This document shows positions 20,266 to 31,176 of a DNA stretch of 64,000 nucleotides, one piece after another. This stretch comes from a virus. Positions within the stretch are counted from its first letter, which is position 1, and each line of letters starts with the position of its first letter. The notes under the pieces were generated by a model that was not told the DNA's origin, did no database searches, and was given only the letters and a program-made list of their open reading frames with translations. Position numbers and translations under genes: made by a program. Location: IMG/VR virus record IMGVR_UViG_3300044635_002180, positions 32,001-96,000 of that record; one strand, 5' to 3'.

Positions 20266-21698
20266 TTTGTTTGTTCAAATTTATATGTTTTAACTGCTTC
20301 AATGATGTTGTAGTAACTGTTGCCCATGAACACATGAGATACGCTGATGATGAACCATCTGCCTATCAAATTATTATCCACACCTGAACCAGCTACATCA
20401 GATTCAGTGGCAATGTCTATAAAATGCCCGCTGCGTCTGTGTGTACTGCCTACAGTTCTAAACACAATGTTGTCACCACCGCTAATTATTAAATCCATGA
20501 GCATATTGTTGCGAACATTGTAGTTATAATCAAGCGGCAATGCATTAGTTATAATTTTAGGCTTTAAAAAACTATAATTCTCAATGTCAGCCAACTCAAC
20601 TGATGGTTTAATGTTGGGTGATTTATTCTTGAATGGATCCACATACAGTTTACTGTAATCTTTCAACACATTCTTAATGCTACCATCTTCACAATTGAAA
20701 TAAAAATTTCTATCACCAGGGAAAAATGTGGCAAGCACATTGTTGGTAATGCTGCGAGTAAATTCATTGCCATTGAGTGGTGAAAGTTTATGTTCAAGAA
20801 TATTACTCATTGTTCGCAGCCTTGTGCCAAGAGTATTGTCTGATGTATTTTCTTTTGCACCAGCACCGCTGCCTACAATGAATGTTTCAAGAACATATTC
20901 CTCAGGATTTGTCTTTTGCAATTCAAACAATTTTGCAAACGAAATGTTCTTAAACTTATTGATGGAATAATCATAATAGAACAGGCACGGGTCTCTATCT
21001 TTTTCTGATTGATGCAAAGAGTTTACATACATCATGCTTTGAAATGCATTGGATGTGCTTCTGCTGTACCACATGATTTTTGTAGCACCCAAATCAAAAT
21101 TAGCTACATCAATTATTTTTTCTTGTTCGCCTTCATCTATACCATAAGTTCGCAAAATAATATCCTTGAGCAATTCACCCGTTAAGATAGAACGCTCTGA
21201 GTTGTTCATATCACGCAAAGCTACATCAGGATTTTTCTTTTGTGCAACTTGTGCAGATGAAAAGAGATCTGAATTTTCAATTGCCATTTGATGCTTGATG
21301 TCCCTAAAGTTCATTATGTTGATATTAGAAGCATTATCATCACTATCTTGCAGCTCATTGATGCAAAAAACATAAGTCAGCCCAAAAGCTTTTCTCAATT
21401 CATCATTATTATAATCATTTTTTAAATTGCCAGATACATTGGGCATGATATCTACAGCCAAATAATCTCTATTGTTGCCAGCAAAATTTAATGCTCTTTG
21501 TTTATCAACATCAGCTTGCAATATGTCTCTTGTGTTGTTGATGATGATGGAGCCAGATATAAACGGAATGAATACATTGTCAGTTATGGTGAGATTGCTG
21601 ATGGTATCGGCAGTAAGCAATCTCTTGTTCTTTGTTGTTGCATCTCCAATGAAAACATTGTAAGAAAAGAATCTGTTGTCAAATTTTTCAATGTTCAT
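20262..21698 (-). CDS. baseplate hub protein (gp27-like)
   Basis: LTITDNVFIPFISGSIII at the N-terminus; GSTHRRSGHFIDI...GRWFIISVSHVF at the C-terminus. Confidence 0.7.
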   Translation of the reverse strand: MNIEKFDNRFFSYNVFIGDATTKNKRLLTADTISNLTITDNVFIPFISGSIIINNTRDILQADVDKQRALNFAGNNRDYLAVDIMPNVSGNLKNDYNNDELRKAFGLTYVFCINELQDSDDNASNINIMNFRDIKHQMAIENSDLFSSAQVAQKKNPDVALRDMNNSERSILTGELLKDIILRTYGIDEGEQEKIIDVANFDLGATKIMWYSRSTSNAFQSMMYVNSLHQSEKDRDPCLFYYDYSINKFKNISFAKLFELQKTNPEEYVLETFIVGSGAGAKENTSDNTLGTRLRTMSNILEHKLSPLNGNEFTRSITNNVLATFFPGDRNFYFNCEDGSIKNVLKDYSKLYVDPFKNKSPNIKPSVELADIENYSFLKPKIITNALPLDYNYNVRNNMLMDLIISGGDNIVFRTVGSTHRRSGHFIDIATESDVAGSGVDNNLIGRWFIISVSHVFMGNSYYNIIEAVKTYKFEQTK

Positions 21699-22078
21699 AC
21701 TTGTTTGATTGCTTGTAGAATTGTTTGCAGATATTCACGACGAGGCACTACAAACACTGAGCCTGCTGCTGGAATATTTATTGGATCGAGATTGTTCATG
21801 ATGGCAATCAACCACCACAAGTGCATAGTATTGTATAACCTGTAACTGATTGCTGTCAGTGGCATGTTGCTGTCAATAAAAACATACTCAACATATTGTT
21901 CATCTATGTTGGTTAAATCAACAACGACTTTGTTGCTAATGTTGTAATAGTAATAGTTGCTTGCATCCTGCGTTTGGTATACATTCAAGATATTTTCGTA
22001 ATACTCACCTGCAATTGGCGGTATATCATTTATATTTACTGGTTTTTGTGGAACTTGCATATTAAAAGGATATACCAC
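21695..22078 (-). CDS. gp53: baseplate wedge subunit gp53 (LysM-like)
   Basis: ISYRLYNTMHLWWLIAIMNNLDP. Confidence 0.85.
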   Translation of the reverse strand: MVYPFNMQVPQKPVNINDIPPIAGEYYENILNVYQTQDASNYYYYNISNKVVVDLTNIDEQYVEYVFIDSNMPLTAISYRLYNTMHLWWLIAIMNNLDPINIPAAGSVFVVPRREYLQTILQAIKQV

Positions 22079-23204
22079 CTGTATTTGATTGTTTCCACAT
22101 CTCTAGCAGCATATTGCTGTTATTAACATTGAGTGATCCAAATGTAATTGATACATCATAAGCATCTGGCATGATTGCTGGTATAGAGGCATTGAGCCCC
22201 TTAATGGAAGTTTGTGGCATGTTTATATTTACATGCCTTCTATTGCCTATGAATTTAATATTCAATGATTCAAGATATCCATATTGTATATAGCAAACAC
22301 CTGGCACATTAACAGTGTACATTTTTGGCATCTCAAGCAATGACTTGGTTACTCGTTGCGGGGTGTTTTGAAAAATTAACAACCAAAGAAATTGATAATT
22401 TGCACATGCTTGCTCAAATGTTTGTGTATTAAACAATGGAAAATTAAATGTTACAGATGGGCTGTTGGAATGTGCTGGATCAAACATTCTAGGTTTTTCA
22501 ATGTATTGACCTGGTGCGGAAATTTTAGCAAAACCTGCAACTGTATCTTGCATTTGATTTATGCTATTTGATAGAGGATATGAAAGATCAGGCCAAGCAT
22601 TTGTAATGCTGCTGAAAGCTTGATCATCTAAATACGGAAGCAAATATTTAAACTTAGTAGGTGCAAGTGAATATAAATTTTTGTAAGGCTGCATCCATAA
22701 CGAACCAGGGAAGTCATATTTAGCATTAATATCTGCTGCTTCTCGTGCACCACTATTGATTGCATTTTGAGTATCTTTTGCTAATTGAGTAGCTCCAGCT
22801 AAGCCATCTGATATAGCTCCAAGTCCTGCTTTTTTAGCTATGGTGGTTAGAAGATTAACAGAAGATTCACCTGCAGCCACTGCAGCTTCAGATGCATAGA
22901 GCAGTGCTGCAATAACAGATGTATCCTCAACTCTATATTCTGAAATATCTCCGCGGGGAACTAATTTTTTGTTGAATCCAGCATATGCTACTGGTGTAGT
23001 AGTCCAGTCAAAATCATCGCAAACATTTATATAACTACTTGCACCACTATTTCTAGCCAATGGTCTTGCAGCAACTGTATTGCCATTTGATAATGTTTGA
23101 GTGCGCAAAGCAGAAGAACCACCTGCGGGCATAGCCTTTACATACGGATATGGAGTGTTTCCAAATTTTTCCTGATCAGTAAGGTTGAATAATGATTGCG
23201 CCAT
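22062..23204 (-). CDS. baseplate/tail tube cap (gp48-like)
   Basis: VTFNFPL...MPKMYTVNVPG...MPDAYDVSITF tube-fold pattern; lies between the tape measure and gp53. Confidence 0.55.
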   Translation of the reverse strand: MAQSLFNLTDQEKFGNTPYPYVKAMPAGGSSALRTQTLSNGNTVAARPLARNSGASSYINVCDDFDWTTTPVAYAGFNKKLVPRGDISEYRVEDTSVIAALLYASEAAVAAGESSVNLLTTIAKKAGLGAISDGLAGATQLAKDTQNAINSGAREAADINAKYDFPGSLWMQPYKNLYSLAPTKFKYLLPYLDDQAFSSITNAWPDLSYPLSNSINQMQDTVAGFAKISAPGQYIEKPRMFDPAHSNSPSVTFNFPLFNTQTFEQACANYQFLWLLIFQNTPQRVTKSLLEMPKMYTVNVPGVCYIQYGYLESLNIKFIGNRRHVNINMPQTSIKGLNASIPAIMPDAYDVSITFGSLNVNNSNMLLEMWKQSNTGGISF

Positions 23205-23236
23205 GCATATATTTATGTATGTAATGCAAAATCATC

Positions 23237-25135
23237 TCATGCATAACCAGCTGCTAACATTTGCTGTCTTACCTGCGTAGCAGTGTATTGCAAAGGAAAT
23301 ACATTATAATCTGTTGCTTGCATGTCTTTAGTTTGTTTTTGTGCAGCAGAAGAACTAAATCCAATTGAATTTACTGTTTTTTCTATTCTCAGCAATATGT
23401 CGTTTGTAATGGTTATGGCTCTAATTTGTGCATCTGCTTTAGAATCTTGTGTCTTTTTTAAAGCTTCAAACAGACCTTTTAAGCCTTCATTATTCAATTG
23501 TGTAGCAGCTGCAACATTTGTTTTGTCATTAACCTTTAAATTAGGCGCTGTTTCAGCATCAGCAGCATTTGATGCTTGAGTTTCTTCAGTTGTTGAAAAG
23601 TAACCTTCAACTGAGTTCCACATTGATTTGGCCCATTCAACTGGTTTGGATACAATTTTCTTAACAAAAGATTTCATTGCTTCAATTTTAGTTGCAAGTG
23701 CGTTTTTGATGGTGCCGATAAAGTCAAACTTCTCAATTTCAAATTTCTCTGTTGTAATTGGTGTTGCAGCTTCTTGTTCTCCAGAGGTTATTAATGATGT
23801 TACCCATTCATACACAGATGCAGCAGCATCAAATACAGCCCCTGCAGGTGATAATATGCCTTTGCCAATTAATTTGAGACCATCAACATAGTTTCCATTC
23901 TTGATCATTCCAATGCCATCAATGATGTCATGCACACCTTTGAACAAAGGCATTTTTTTAATTTTCTCCCAAATGCTTGAAAATTTTTCGCCAATATTAT
24001 CAAAGAAATTAGCAAGCCCTAAACTTTTATTTTGAGCAGCTTTGTCTTTTTCTGTGTATGTAAAATCTCTGTACAGACTATAGAAGTCAGCAATTATGCC
24101 AAACCCTGGTATTGCACCAGCTAATTCCAACAAAGTGCCAAGGTAATCGCCCTCCTTAAATTTTTCATATGCAAAATATAAATTTATTATGTCACCCAAT
24201 CCAGGTACAAGTTTAAAAAGCTTTAGACCTTTTTTGAGTATATCACCAAACATGCCTCCTAGACTCTTCAAAAAAGTCTTTATAGCATCTGTTCCAGGTA
24301 TGCTTTTAATTAGATCTTTGCCCATATCAAAAACACCAGATAGACTTTTGAAAATTTTATCCTTTGCCTCCACCAATCCTTTTTTAATTGAATCAGGGAG
24401 AAGATCAAAAAGCGTTTCTGGCAATTTAAGAACTGTATCACCCATTGATTTAAGAGCTTTAAAACCTTTGTCAAAAACAAACGATATTAATGATGTTATT
24501 TTGCCCAATGTCTTTTTAACCATTTTTTCACCAAGCTTAACAGCTAATTTTCCTATTTGAGACAGTCCACTTCCTATGTCACTGCCAAAAGCCAGCAAAC
24601 CTCCACCAAGCAACAGACCAAGTCCACTTAGCAGAGATGCCCAATCAAATGATTGCTTGTTATCTGCTTTTTTGTTGGAAAAGACATCAACCAAGTCTTT
24701 GATAACATCTTTGTCAATGCCTGCAATATAAACCTTCTTAGCATCATCCCTCTGAGTTAGCCTGTTGATATCTTCTTGTTCTGCTTGTTGTTTTTGTGCT
24801 TCTGCAGTCTCGTCTGAAGATTTTGTCAATACATCAAGCTTATCAAACATTTTTGTGCTTGCATCTTTTTGCTCTTTGCGTTCTTTTTCTTTATCAGATT
24901 TAAAAGCATCATTGAATTTCTTGATTAAGTTGTCAATGCTCTTGTTGTCTAGTGAAACAATTTCACCTTGTCCTTTGGATTTGTTGTCATTGTCTTGCTG
25001 ATCATCCCGGCTTATGATGCTTGGTGCAGCTTCGTTAACAGCATTTTTTGACTGCTTGACATTGCTAATGTTACGCAGCTCATCTACAACTTCTTTTAGT
25101 TGCTTGATAAAATTATCCAAAAATACTTGTTCCAC
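23237..25135 (-). CDS. tape-measure / gp29-like protein
   Basis: Long helical K/G-rich protein with hydrophobic LLSGLGLLLGGGLL segment and KLVPGLG...GDYLG motif; genomic context. Confidence 0.65.
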   Translation of the reverse strand: MEQVFLDNFIKQLKEVVDELRNISNVKQSKNAVNEAAPSIISRDDQQDNDNKSKGQGEIVSLDNKSIDNLIKKFNDAFKSDKEKERKEQKDASTKMFDKLDVLTKSSDETAEAQKQQAEQEDINRLTQRDDAKKVYIAGIDKDVIKDLVDVFSNKKADNKQSFDWASLLSGLGLLLGGGLLAFGSDIGSGLSQIGKLAVKLGEKMVKKTLGKITSLISFVFDKGFKALKSMGDTVLKLPETLFDLLPDSIKKGLVEAKDKIFKSLSGVFDMGKDLIKSIPGTDAIKTFLKSLGGMFGDILKKGLKLFKLVPGLGDIINLYFAYEKFKEGDYLGTLLELAGAIPGFGIIADFYSLYRDFTYTEKDKAAQNKSLGLANFFDNIGEKFSSIWEKIKKMPLFKGVHDIIDGIGMIKNGNYVDGLKLIGKGILSPAGAVFDAAASVYEWVTSLITSGEQEAATPITTEKFEIEKFDFIGTIKNALATKIEAMKSFVKKIVSKPVEWAKSMWNSVEGYFSTTEETQASNAADAETAPNLKVNDKTNVAAATQLNNEGLKGLFEALKKTQDSKADAQIRAITITNDILLRIEKTVNSIGFSSSAAQKQTKDMQATDYNVFPLQYTATQVRQQMLAAGYA

Positions 25136-25160
25136 TCATGTATTTATGGTTTATAAACTG

Positions 25161-25871
25161 TTAGAATAGTGGAGTCTGTATATCAAGATTTTTGCCGTTA
25201 AATGCTTGTTCAATTACATCTTTTGCTTTTGTAATAAACTTTGCAACAGCATTATTGACTGATGCAGGCATTTGTTCTGCAATCTTTACATAAGAGCCAA
25301 TGTCAGCAACATCATCAAAACACACACTTTCATTTCGGATAGTTAATTTTTTAATGTGTTTAACAATTTCCAATACAAAGTAATCAGATGCAAGCTCTGA
25401 AGCACTGCGTGATGCATTTTTGTTGCTGTTGATGAACCAATTGTTTATATCAGAATCGCGTTGCAGATCAGGCAGCTGCATCTCTACCATTATAGCTTCA
25501 CCAAATGTTGCTGTAGCTTGTTGCAACTTTTCAACATCAATTGTTTTAGCGAAGGCATTTATTTCTTGAATTTGCTCTTTTGTTTCTTCTTCCTCTGCTT
25601 TAAGATTCAACAATATAAACTCCCGATCAAATGTTGATACATCATTGCTGCTATCATCACAGCAGTTGTCTGTAATGATGCTGTTGAGTGCATTTATAAT
25701 GCGAATATTATCCAAAGGGTTGTTGTTGATGTTGCCAATGATTTTTTTCTGCTGGAGCACACTAATGGGTCTGAATTTTTTTGTTTTCTTGGCCATTGGA
25801 ACGTAGATATCAACAATGGATTCATTGTTGATTGCTTCAAGATCTTTAAAAATTGCATCAAACTTATTCAT
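25161..25871 (-). CDS. baseplate hub assembly protein (gp26-like)
   Basis: IYVPMAKKTKKFRPISVLQQK, STFDREFILLNLK. Confidence 0.65.
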   Translation of the reverse strand: MNKFDAIFKDLEAINNESIVDIYVPMAKKTKKFRPISVLQQKKIIGNINNNPLDNIRIINALNSIITDNCCDDSSNDVSTFDREFILLNLKAEEEETKEQIQEINAFAKTIDVEKLQQATATFGEAIMVEMQLPDLQRDSDINNWFINSNKNASRSASELASDYFVLEIVKHIKKLTIRNESVCFDDVADIGSYVKIAEQMPASVNNAVAKFITKAKDVIEQAFNGKNLDIQTPLF

Positions 25872-26718
25872 GTGTATTAAGCATACTTAGTGCATTGTTG
25901 CTGTTTTTCAATGCTTCGTTTTGTTGTGCTTGCTCCTCATTATAAAATGACATGAAGAGTTTAGCATCTGCTGGAGTTAAATTATTATAATCACTGCATG
26001 ATAGATGCAGCTTTGTTAAGCAAAAGTATTTTTGTCTAAAGTAATTGAACAAATCTTCTCTAAAAATAATTTTTAATATTTCAAATATGCTTGAGTTAAA
26101 GGGGTTTATGCTGATGGCATCAAATCCTAATGAAGTTACTTGTGGTATGAAATTTATTTTAGCATATTTTTGCTGCTCTCTACCAATATAATCAGCAAGT
26201 TTACGCAAAATATTGGCATTCACAATGTTTAACAATTTATCCTTTTGTTGAGCATTGAGATCATTGAGTAACAGCCCATTTATGCCATACAGTGAATTAA
26301 TGAGTGCATTATCTGCATTTAAATGCAGCTTTGTTGGTGCATTGAACTCAAAACAAATGTTGTCAATTGTTATTGTTTGTTTTTCCACATCAACTTGATT
26401 GAGTTGATCAATTATGCTTTCCAAATCAATGTTTATAGCAGAATTTTCTGCATTTACTAGTTTTAGTGTGCTGCTGTAACTTATGCTCTTTATTTTGCAC
26501 AGTATTGCGAACTTATCTATAATTGTCAAGTGGTTGCTTGCTAAATTTTCATTAAAGATGCAGCATTTTTGTATAATGTAATCAAAATACTTTTCTATCT
26601 CCTCATTGTTATCTTCCAACAAGAATTTTTGCAAGTTTTCATGCAATTCATTGGTGATGCTCTTTACAGAAATGATTGTTTTGCAACTTGGCAATGTTAT
26701 TTTTGATGTAAATGTCAT
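25864..26718 (-). CDS. gp26-like protein with gp51-like C-terminus
   Basis: ITLPSCK, LTIIDKFAILCKIKSIS; C-terminal NYFRQKYFCLTKLHLS...NLTPADAKLFMSFY. Confidence 0.6.
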   Translation of the reverse strand: MTFTSKITLPSCKTIISVKSITNELHENLQKFLLEDNNEEIEKYFDYIIQKCCIFNENLASNHLTIIDKFAILCKIKSISYSSTLKLVNAENSAINIDLESIIDQLNQVDVEKQTITIDNICFEFNAPTKLHLNADNALINSLYGINGLLLNDLNAQQKDKLLNIVNANILRKLADYIGREQQKYAKINFIPQVTSLGFDAISINPFNSSIFEILKIIFREDLFNYFRQKYFCLTKLHLSCSDYNNLTPADAKLFMSFYNEEQAQQNEALKNSNNALSMLNTHE

Positions 26719-27410
26719 GTATTATTAACATTTACACTATAATTATCAAAACACCACGTGACAGATCGCATTTCAGGTGTTCCTTGATCTTCATTATACG
26801 AATATTTTTTGCCATCCACACCAAATGGTGCGCAGTTGTAAAAATTATACACCTTTCTAATGGGCCTAAAAGCATTGTTGTCATAAGGTGCAACAGGGGT
26901 GTGCTTTTGTCGACCAAAAGATATCAATTGTATTCTAGGAACTCGTACACGCTCATTTGCATTTTGATAAGCAAAATATCCATTGTAGCTGCTAACAATT
27001 ACCCAAGGACGAATTACAAAATCAACAAAATCAGAATTTGTTTCACGAAAAGTTGTGGCAATGCTCTTGCCTGCAAATGCATCACGTGCTCCAGCAACAC
27101 CAGGCTTTGTAAAGCCACCAAAATTATAGTTTCCAGCTGGAGATATATTGTATCTATCATCTGGAAGTGTTACTGAATCTACAAAAAAACATCCAACCTC
27201 AGACGTGCTCTGCAACTGTTGCTTGGTTAAATCATCATAAGCATCAGAAACCAACCAATCATTTGTTCTTATAGCTTCAAGCTGAGCTATTTGCTGCTTT
27301 ACAGTTTGAGGAAAGCCATGTATAATTAATACCCACTGTGAATTGAGTGCTAAATTATACTCGTAACGCTCGAGTAAAGTAAGATAAGATTCTCTAGGTG
27401 ATTGTGCCAC
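26715..27410 (-). CDS. tail tube initiator (gp54-like)
   Basis: VDSVTLPD, VYNFYNCAP, SVTWCFD tube-fold motifs; follows gp19. Confidence 0.6.
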   Translation of the reverse strand: MAQSPRESYLTLLERYEYNLALNSQWVLIIHGFPQTVKQQIAQLEAIRTNDWLVSDAYDDLTKQQLQSTSEVGCFFVDSVTLPDDRYNISPAGNYNFGGFTKPGVAGARDAFAGKSIATTFRETNSDFVDFVIRPWVIVSSYNGYFAYQNANERVRVPRIQLISFGRQKHTPVAPYDNNAFRPIRKVYNFYNCAPFGVDGKKYSYNEDQGTPEMRSVTWCFDNYSVNVNNT

Positions 27411-27421
27411 CTAATTATTTA

Positions 27422-27970
27422 TTATGCTGGTGCGTTCTCTTCAAAGAAGTGATAAGATATAGTCGCATCAAAGAATACTGGCTGACCTGTACCTTCTGCC
27501 ATGTTGTATTGAATTTGACCCACTTGGCGAATACCTGTACCAACTAATTTAAATGTTGATATTGGCTCAAGAGCTTTGTTGAGCTGCACCAATGTAATGG
27601 TGTTGGCACGAGAAGCAATGTTGTAATCACCTGTGCTTGTTGCATCATCAAAAACGCGACGAGATTCAGCTAAAAACTTATTTCTAAGTTGGGAATCTGC
27701 ATCACAATAAAAATTGAGCGTATAACCTTCAGCACCAGGGTATGTTGCTACACCTGCAATGTTGAACGGCAAACCCATGAATTTAGTCTGCACATTGGTA
27801 ATGCCACGTGCAGGTAGTGTTGCTGTTCTTGCGTAAATTAATTCACTTTCATCAAAAATAGCGCCACCAGCAAATGTAATGTTGATCACACGAAAGAGGA
27901 AGTCGCGTGAAAATTCTCTTGCAAGTGCGCGATCATAAAAATTACCAATGGTTTGATTAGTCTGTGCCAT
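27422..27970 (-). CDS. gp19: tail tube protein
   Basis: ARTATLPARGI...FMG...AG, VQLNK, FDATISYHFF. Confidence 0.85.
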   Translation of the reverse strand: MAQTNQTIGNFYDRALAREFSRDFLFRVINITFAGGAIFDESELIYARTATLPARGITNVQTKFMGLPFNIAGVATYPGAEGYTLNFYCDADSQLRNKFLAESRRVFDDATSTGDYNIASRANTITLVQLNKALEPISTFKLVGTGIRQVGQIQYNMAEGTGQPVFFDATISYHFFEENAPA

Positions 27971-28006
27971 GCATTTATTTATTCATCACCGATGCAAATA
28001 GTTGAT

Positions 28007-28861
28007 TTATTTTGTTGCTTGCTTAGCAATATTTTGGGCATTGCGATACATTCTCATGGCAACGCCCTTGTCTTGTGCTTTGGGTTTGCTGGCTGCAATG
28101 TAATCATCATTGTCAAGATATTCCTTTGCTGCTTGCTTGTAAAGACCTTTGTTAATCAATTCAATTGTTTTTGGTGAGCCAGACAAATCACCTCTAAAAA
28201 TACCATTGAGAATAGTAATTTTAAAATCATCACTGTATTCTTTAAACTTAGGAAATAAACGCTGAGCTATTTGCACTTTGCTGTTGATATCTACATCAAG
28301 CAAGTCATTTATTTCTTTGTCTGACAATGTTTTGCCTTTATACTTTTTTAATTCGCTTTTTGATTTAATCAAATGCCCATATCCAATGGTCCATTTGCCT
28401 TTGGTATCTTTGTATAGTCGTGATTTTTTTCCTTCATCTTGTTTGAGCATTTGTCTTGCTTTGTTGTAAAACTCCTGACTCAATTGTTTGTTGGCTGCAT
28501 TAGGAACCTGTTGTTTTTTTGCAGCTGCATCAGCATAGGATTGTTTTTCTTTTGCTGTGGGTGGCTTCGGCCTATAGTTTTTCCAAGCAGCATTAATTTT
28601 AGATGCAATGTTTTGCACCTTTGGAGCATTTTGTTGCTGCACAGCACTGTTCTCAATTTGCTCCACCTGTTCAGGCGTTTTTTGCTGTAGGATCTGCTCA
28701 ACTTTTTGTTTAATTTCATTCAATTTGGGTACAATGTAACCTACATCAACGATGCCAAGCATTAATGCAGTAGCAATCAAAGCTTTTGGCGAATTAATGA
28801 TGTTTTTTATTGATTCACTTACAAGTTGTTGTGAGCATGCTTCATTGAATGGGGACTTCAT
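28007..28861 (-). CDS. T4-type (GH24) lysozyme with long N-terminal extension
   Basis: QDEGKKSRLYKDTKGKWTIGYGHL contains the E/D/T triad; AAKEYLD. Confidence 0.85.
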   Translation of the reverse strand: MKSPFNEACSQQLVSESIKNIINSPKALIATALMLGIVDVGYIVPKLNEIKQKVEQILQQKTPEQVEQIENSAVQQQNAPKVQNIASKINAAWKNYRPKPPTAKEKQSYADAAAKKQQVPNAANKQLSQEFYNKARQMLKQDEGKKSRLYKDTKGKWTIGYGHLIKSKSELKKYKGKTLSDKEINDLLDVDINSKVQIAQRLFPKFKEYSDDFKITILNGIFRGDLSGSPKTIELINKGLYKQAAKEYLDNDDYIAASKPKAQDKGVAMRMYRNAQNIAKQATK

Positions 28862-28869
28862 CTTGTTAT

Positions 28870-29313
28870 TTATGGCAAATGCTTTTCAGTGATGATGAGA
28901 AACTCATAACCAATGCTTTGTGCATACTTTTTTGCAGCTTCCCACTTGCTATTGTTGATGAGCCACGTTGCATTCTCATACAAAATGGTTGATTCCTTTT
29001 TGTTGCCATGCTTTGAAGGTGGTTTTGTTTGACATTCTGGCTTTATTTCAACCAAATATTTTTTTATTGCATCACCTTCTTTAATTACAACAACATTGTC
29101 AATGAAATACCTGTGCATTTTGCGATCAATGGGGCTCATGTATGGAACAACAACAGACTCACTACTCCATTTGAGTACATTGGGATTTTTATCACACCAC
29201 CTCATGAATCGCAACTCCATGCCTGATCTATAAAAAGGCATGCCATTGCCAATGTACTTTTGTGCATTAACAGGTTTGTAGAAATTTTGCTTGTATTGTT
29301 GCTTGGCTTTCAT
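28870..29313 (-). CDS. gp4: head completion nuclease
   Basis: KYIG, YRSGMELRFMRWCD.NPNVLKWSSE, HRYFID, EIKP, IITEKHL. Confidence 0.92.
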   Translation of the reverse strand: MKAKQQYKQNFYKPVNAQKYIGNGMPFYRSGMELRFMRWCDKNPNVLKWSSESVVVPYMSPIDRKMHRYFIDNVVVIKEGDAIKKYLVEIKPECQTKPPSKHGNKKESTILYENATWLINNSKWEAAKKYAQSIGYEFLIITEKHLP

Positions 29314-31087
29314 TGTGTGTATTTATATACTCAAATACCATGTGTCCGCAGTCCCAGATTCTTCTCCAACCCCGCTGCATCATAATCTGCAATTCAGTTA
29401 ATTTAGCATCATAGCCCTGTTTTACAAGTTTATGTTTTTGGAAATTAGATCTGTGCATCACTGTTTTTGTATCAGTGTACCAATAAGCAGCATTTGTCGT
29501 CTTAATATGTTTAAATCCTAATGTGGTGTAAAACGAACCATCTTTGCAGTATCTTAAATCAGCATATGTTGTTACTTTTTCAACATTGTAATTTCTTAAA
29601 AAATGTTTGAACAGTTTAGATGCTCCACCAATTACAATTGTGTTGAGTTTGCAGCAAAATCTTATGAGCTCAAATGTTTTATTTCTTGTTATTTTGCGGT
29701 TACCAAACGTCATCATTGCAACCATTTCTCCGTTATGCATTAAAGCTAGGGCAATCTGCGAATTATCATTGCCTTGAATGTGATTTGCATTTAAAAAATC
29801 TTTTTTTTGCATTTTTGTTGCTATTATTACTTTGCAGTTGCGTGCATATATTCTACTCTGCAATGCATTTAATCTACTTCGCAACATTGACTTAACAATT
29901 TCTTGCTTGTTTACCCATTCATTTTCAAAAATTTGAACTAAGTGTATATTATTTTGCATGCATAGCTTGCGCTTATTCAAATGCTTACATTTATTGTGTT
30001 GCTCCTCGTCAATGTTGTTGGGAAAATTGGAACCAAAGCTATGCCACAACAACCCATGAAATTCAATGCCCACATTTTTTTGTGGTATAAACACATCAAT
30101 TTCTAATTTCTTGCTACTTGTTAAACCTTTGTAAGAATTGACAACTTCTAAACTACAATCTTGCTGCAAAAAGTTCGCTACTTCTATTTCCAGCCTTGAT
30201 GTACCTGTAGCTACATTGTTGCATTTAGCACAAAAAACATCTTTCCAACGAGCATTTGTTAAGCGACGAAGCAGTATTGATCCACAGGCATTACATTTGA
30301 GGTGATACTCCTGTTGCTGATGGCTATTTACATCATTTAAAACAGAAAAATTTTGTTGCTCAACAGCATTTTTTATAATTTTTAATTTTGCTTTGTTTTT
30401 GTGCTGTTGTGAGCTTGAAGCATTATATCCCCTCAAAAAATTACAGTACTTTGCTTTTATGCTTGCATCATAACAACAAACAGCTGGTTGAGTGTTGTGA
30501 TATAGCAAGTAGAAGCGTTCACTCCAATTAATGCTATCAATGTCTTCGTATAAAAGGTGGTGCTGTGTGTGTTGTAGTATGCTGCAGCAGACATCAACAT
30601 TTTCTTTTAATATAGCAGTGTTAATAAACGCATGCAGTCTTCCATAATTTGTCTTTATTAATCTATCCTGTATAAATTCAAAACACTCACCACACTGCTT
30701 CAATATATATTCTTTGTTTTTGTAGATGTTAATGAAGTTTTGTTTGATACTATTTTTGGAAGCTTTTAGTTTTGCTGATAATTTATGTGCGTCAACTGTT
30801 TTTAGTCTTGCCCCATTTTGCTTGCCTGATGCAATTGCAAATCTGTGCTTATTATTTAGCCATGACAGCGGCAGATTTGTTATTGGACAAATGGGTTGTT
30901 GTGTGATGTTGTTGGTGATGCAATATATGCGCGCAGCAATGCAGGCTCTATCATCTAAAAAATTTGTTGCTTTGATTATATCATTATATAGTTGTGATTT
31001 TTTGAACCACCCCTGCCTTATTACAGCAGCATTTAATTTACCACTTTTGTTGTAGAGCTGTGTCTTAATTTCGTCACATATTTGCAT
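29267..31087 (-). mobile_element. free-standing Hef/Vsr-like putative homing endonuclease
   Basis: Zn ribbon (CNAC...CAKC), LEIDVFIP..NVGIEFHGLLWHS, IFENEW, IYARNC, GGASKLF, IWDCG; inserted between gp18 and gp4; TAAATA-N5-ATG supports a start at 31087. Confidence 0.8.
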
Positions 31088-31130
31088 ATTACTATTTATC
31101 ACATATTATAAAGAAATCATAACGAAAGCA

Positions 31131-31170
31131 AAAAAAAAGGAGGAGTAGCGCAACGCTACTCCCCCTTTTA
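31131..31170. terminator. intrinsic terminator after the tail sheath gene
   Basis: GGAGTAGCG-caa-CGCTACTCC hairpin flanked by an A-run (U-tract on the minus strand) and TTTT. Confidence 0.85.
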
Positions 31171-31176
31171 AGTAGC

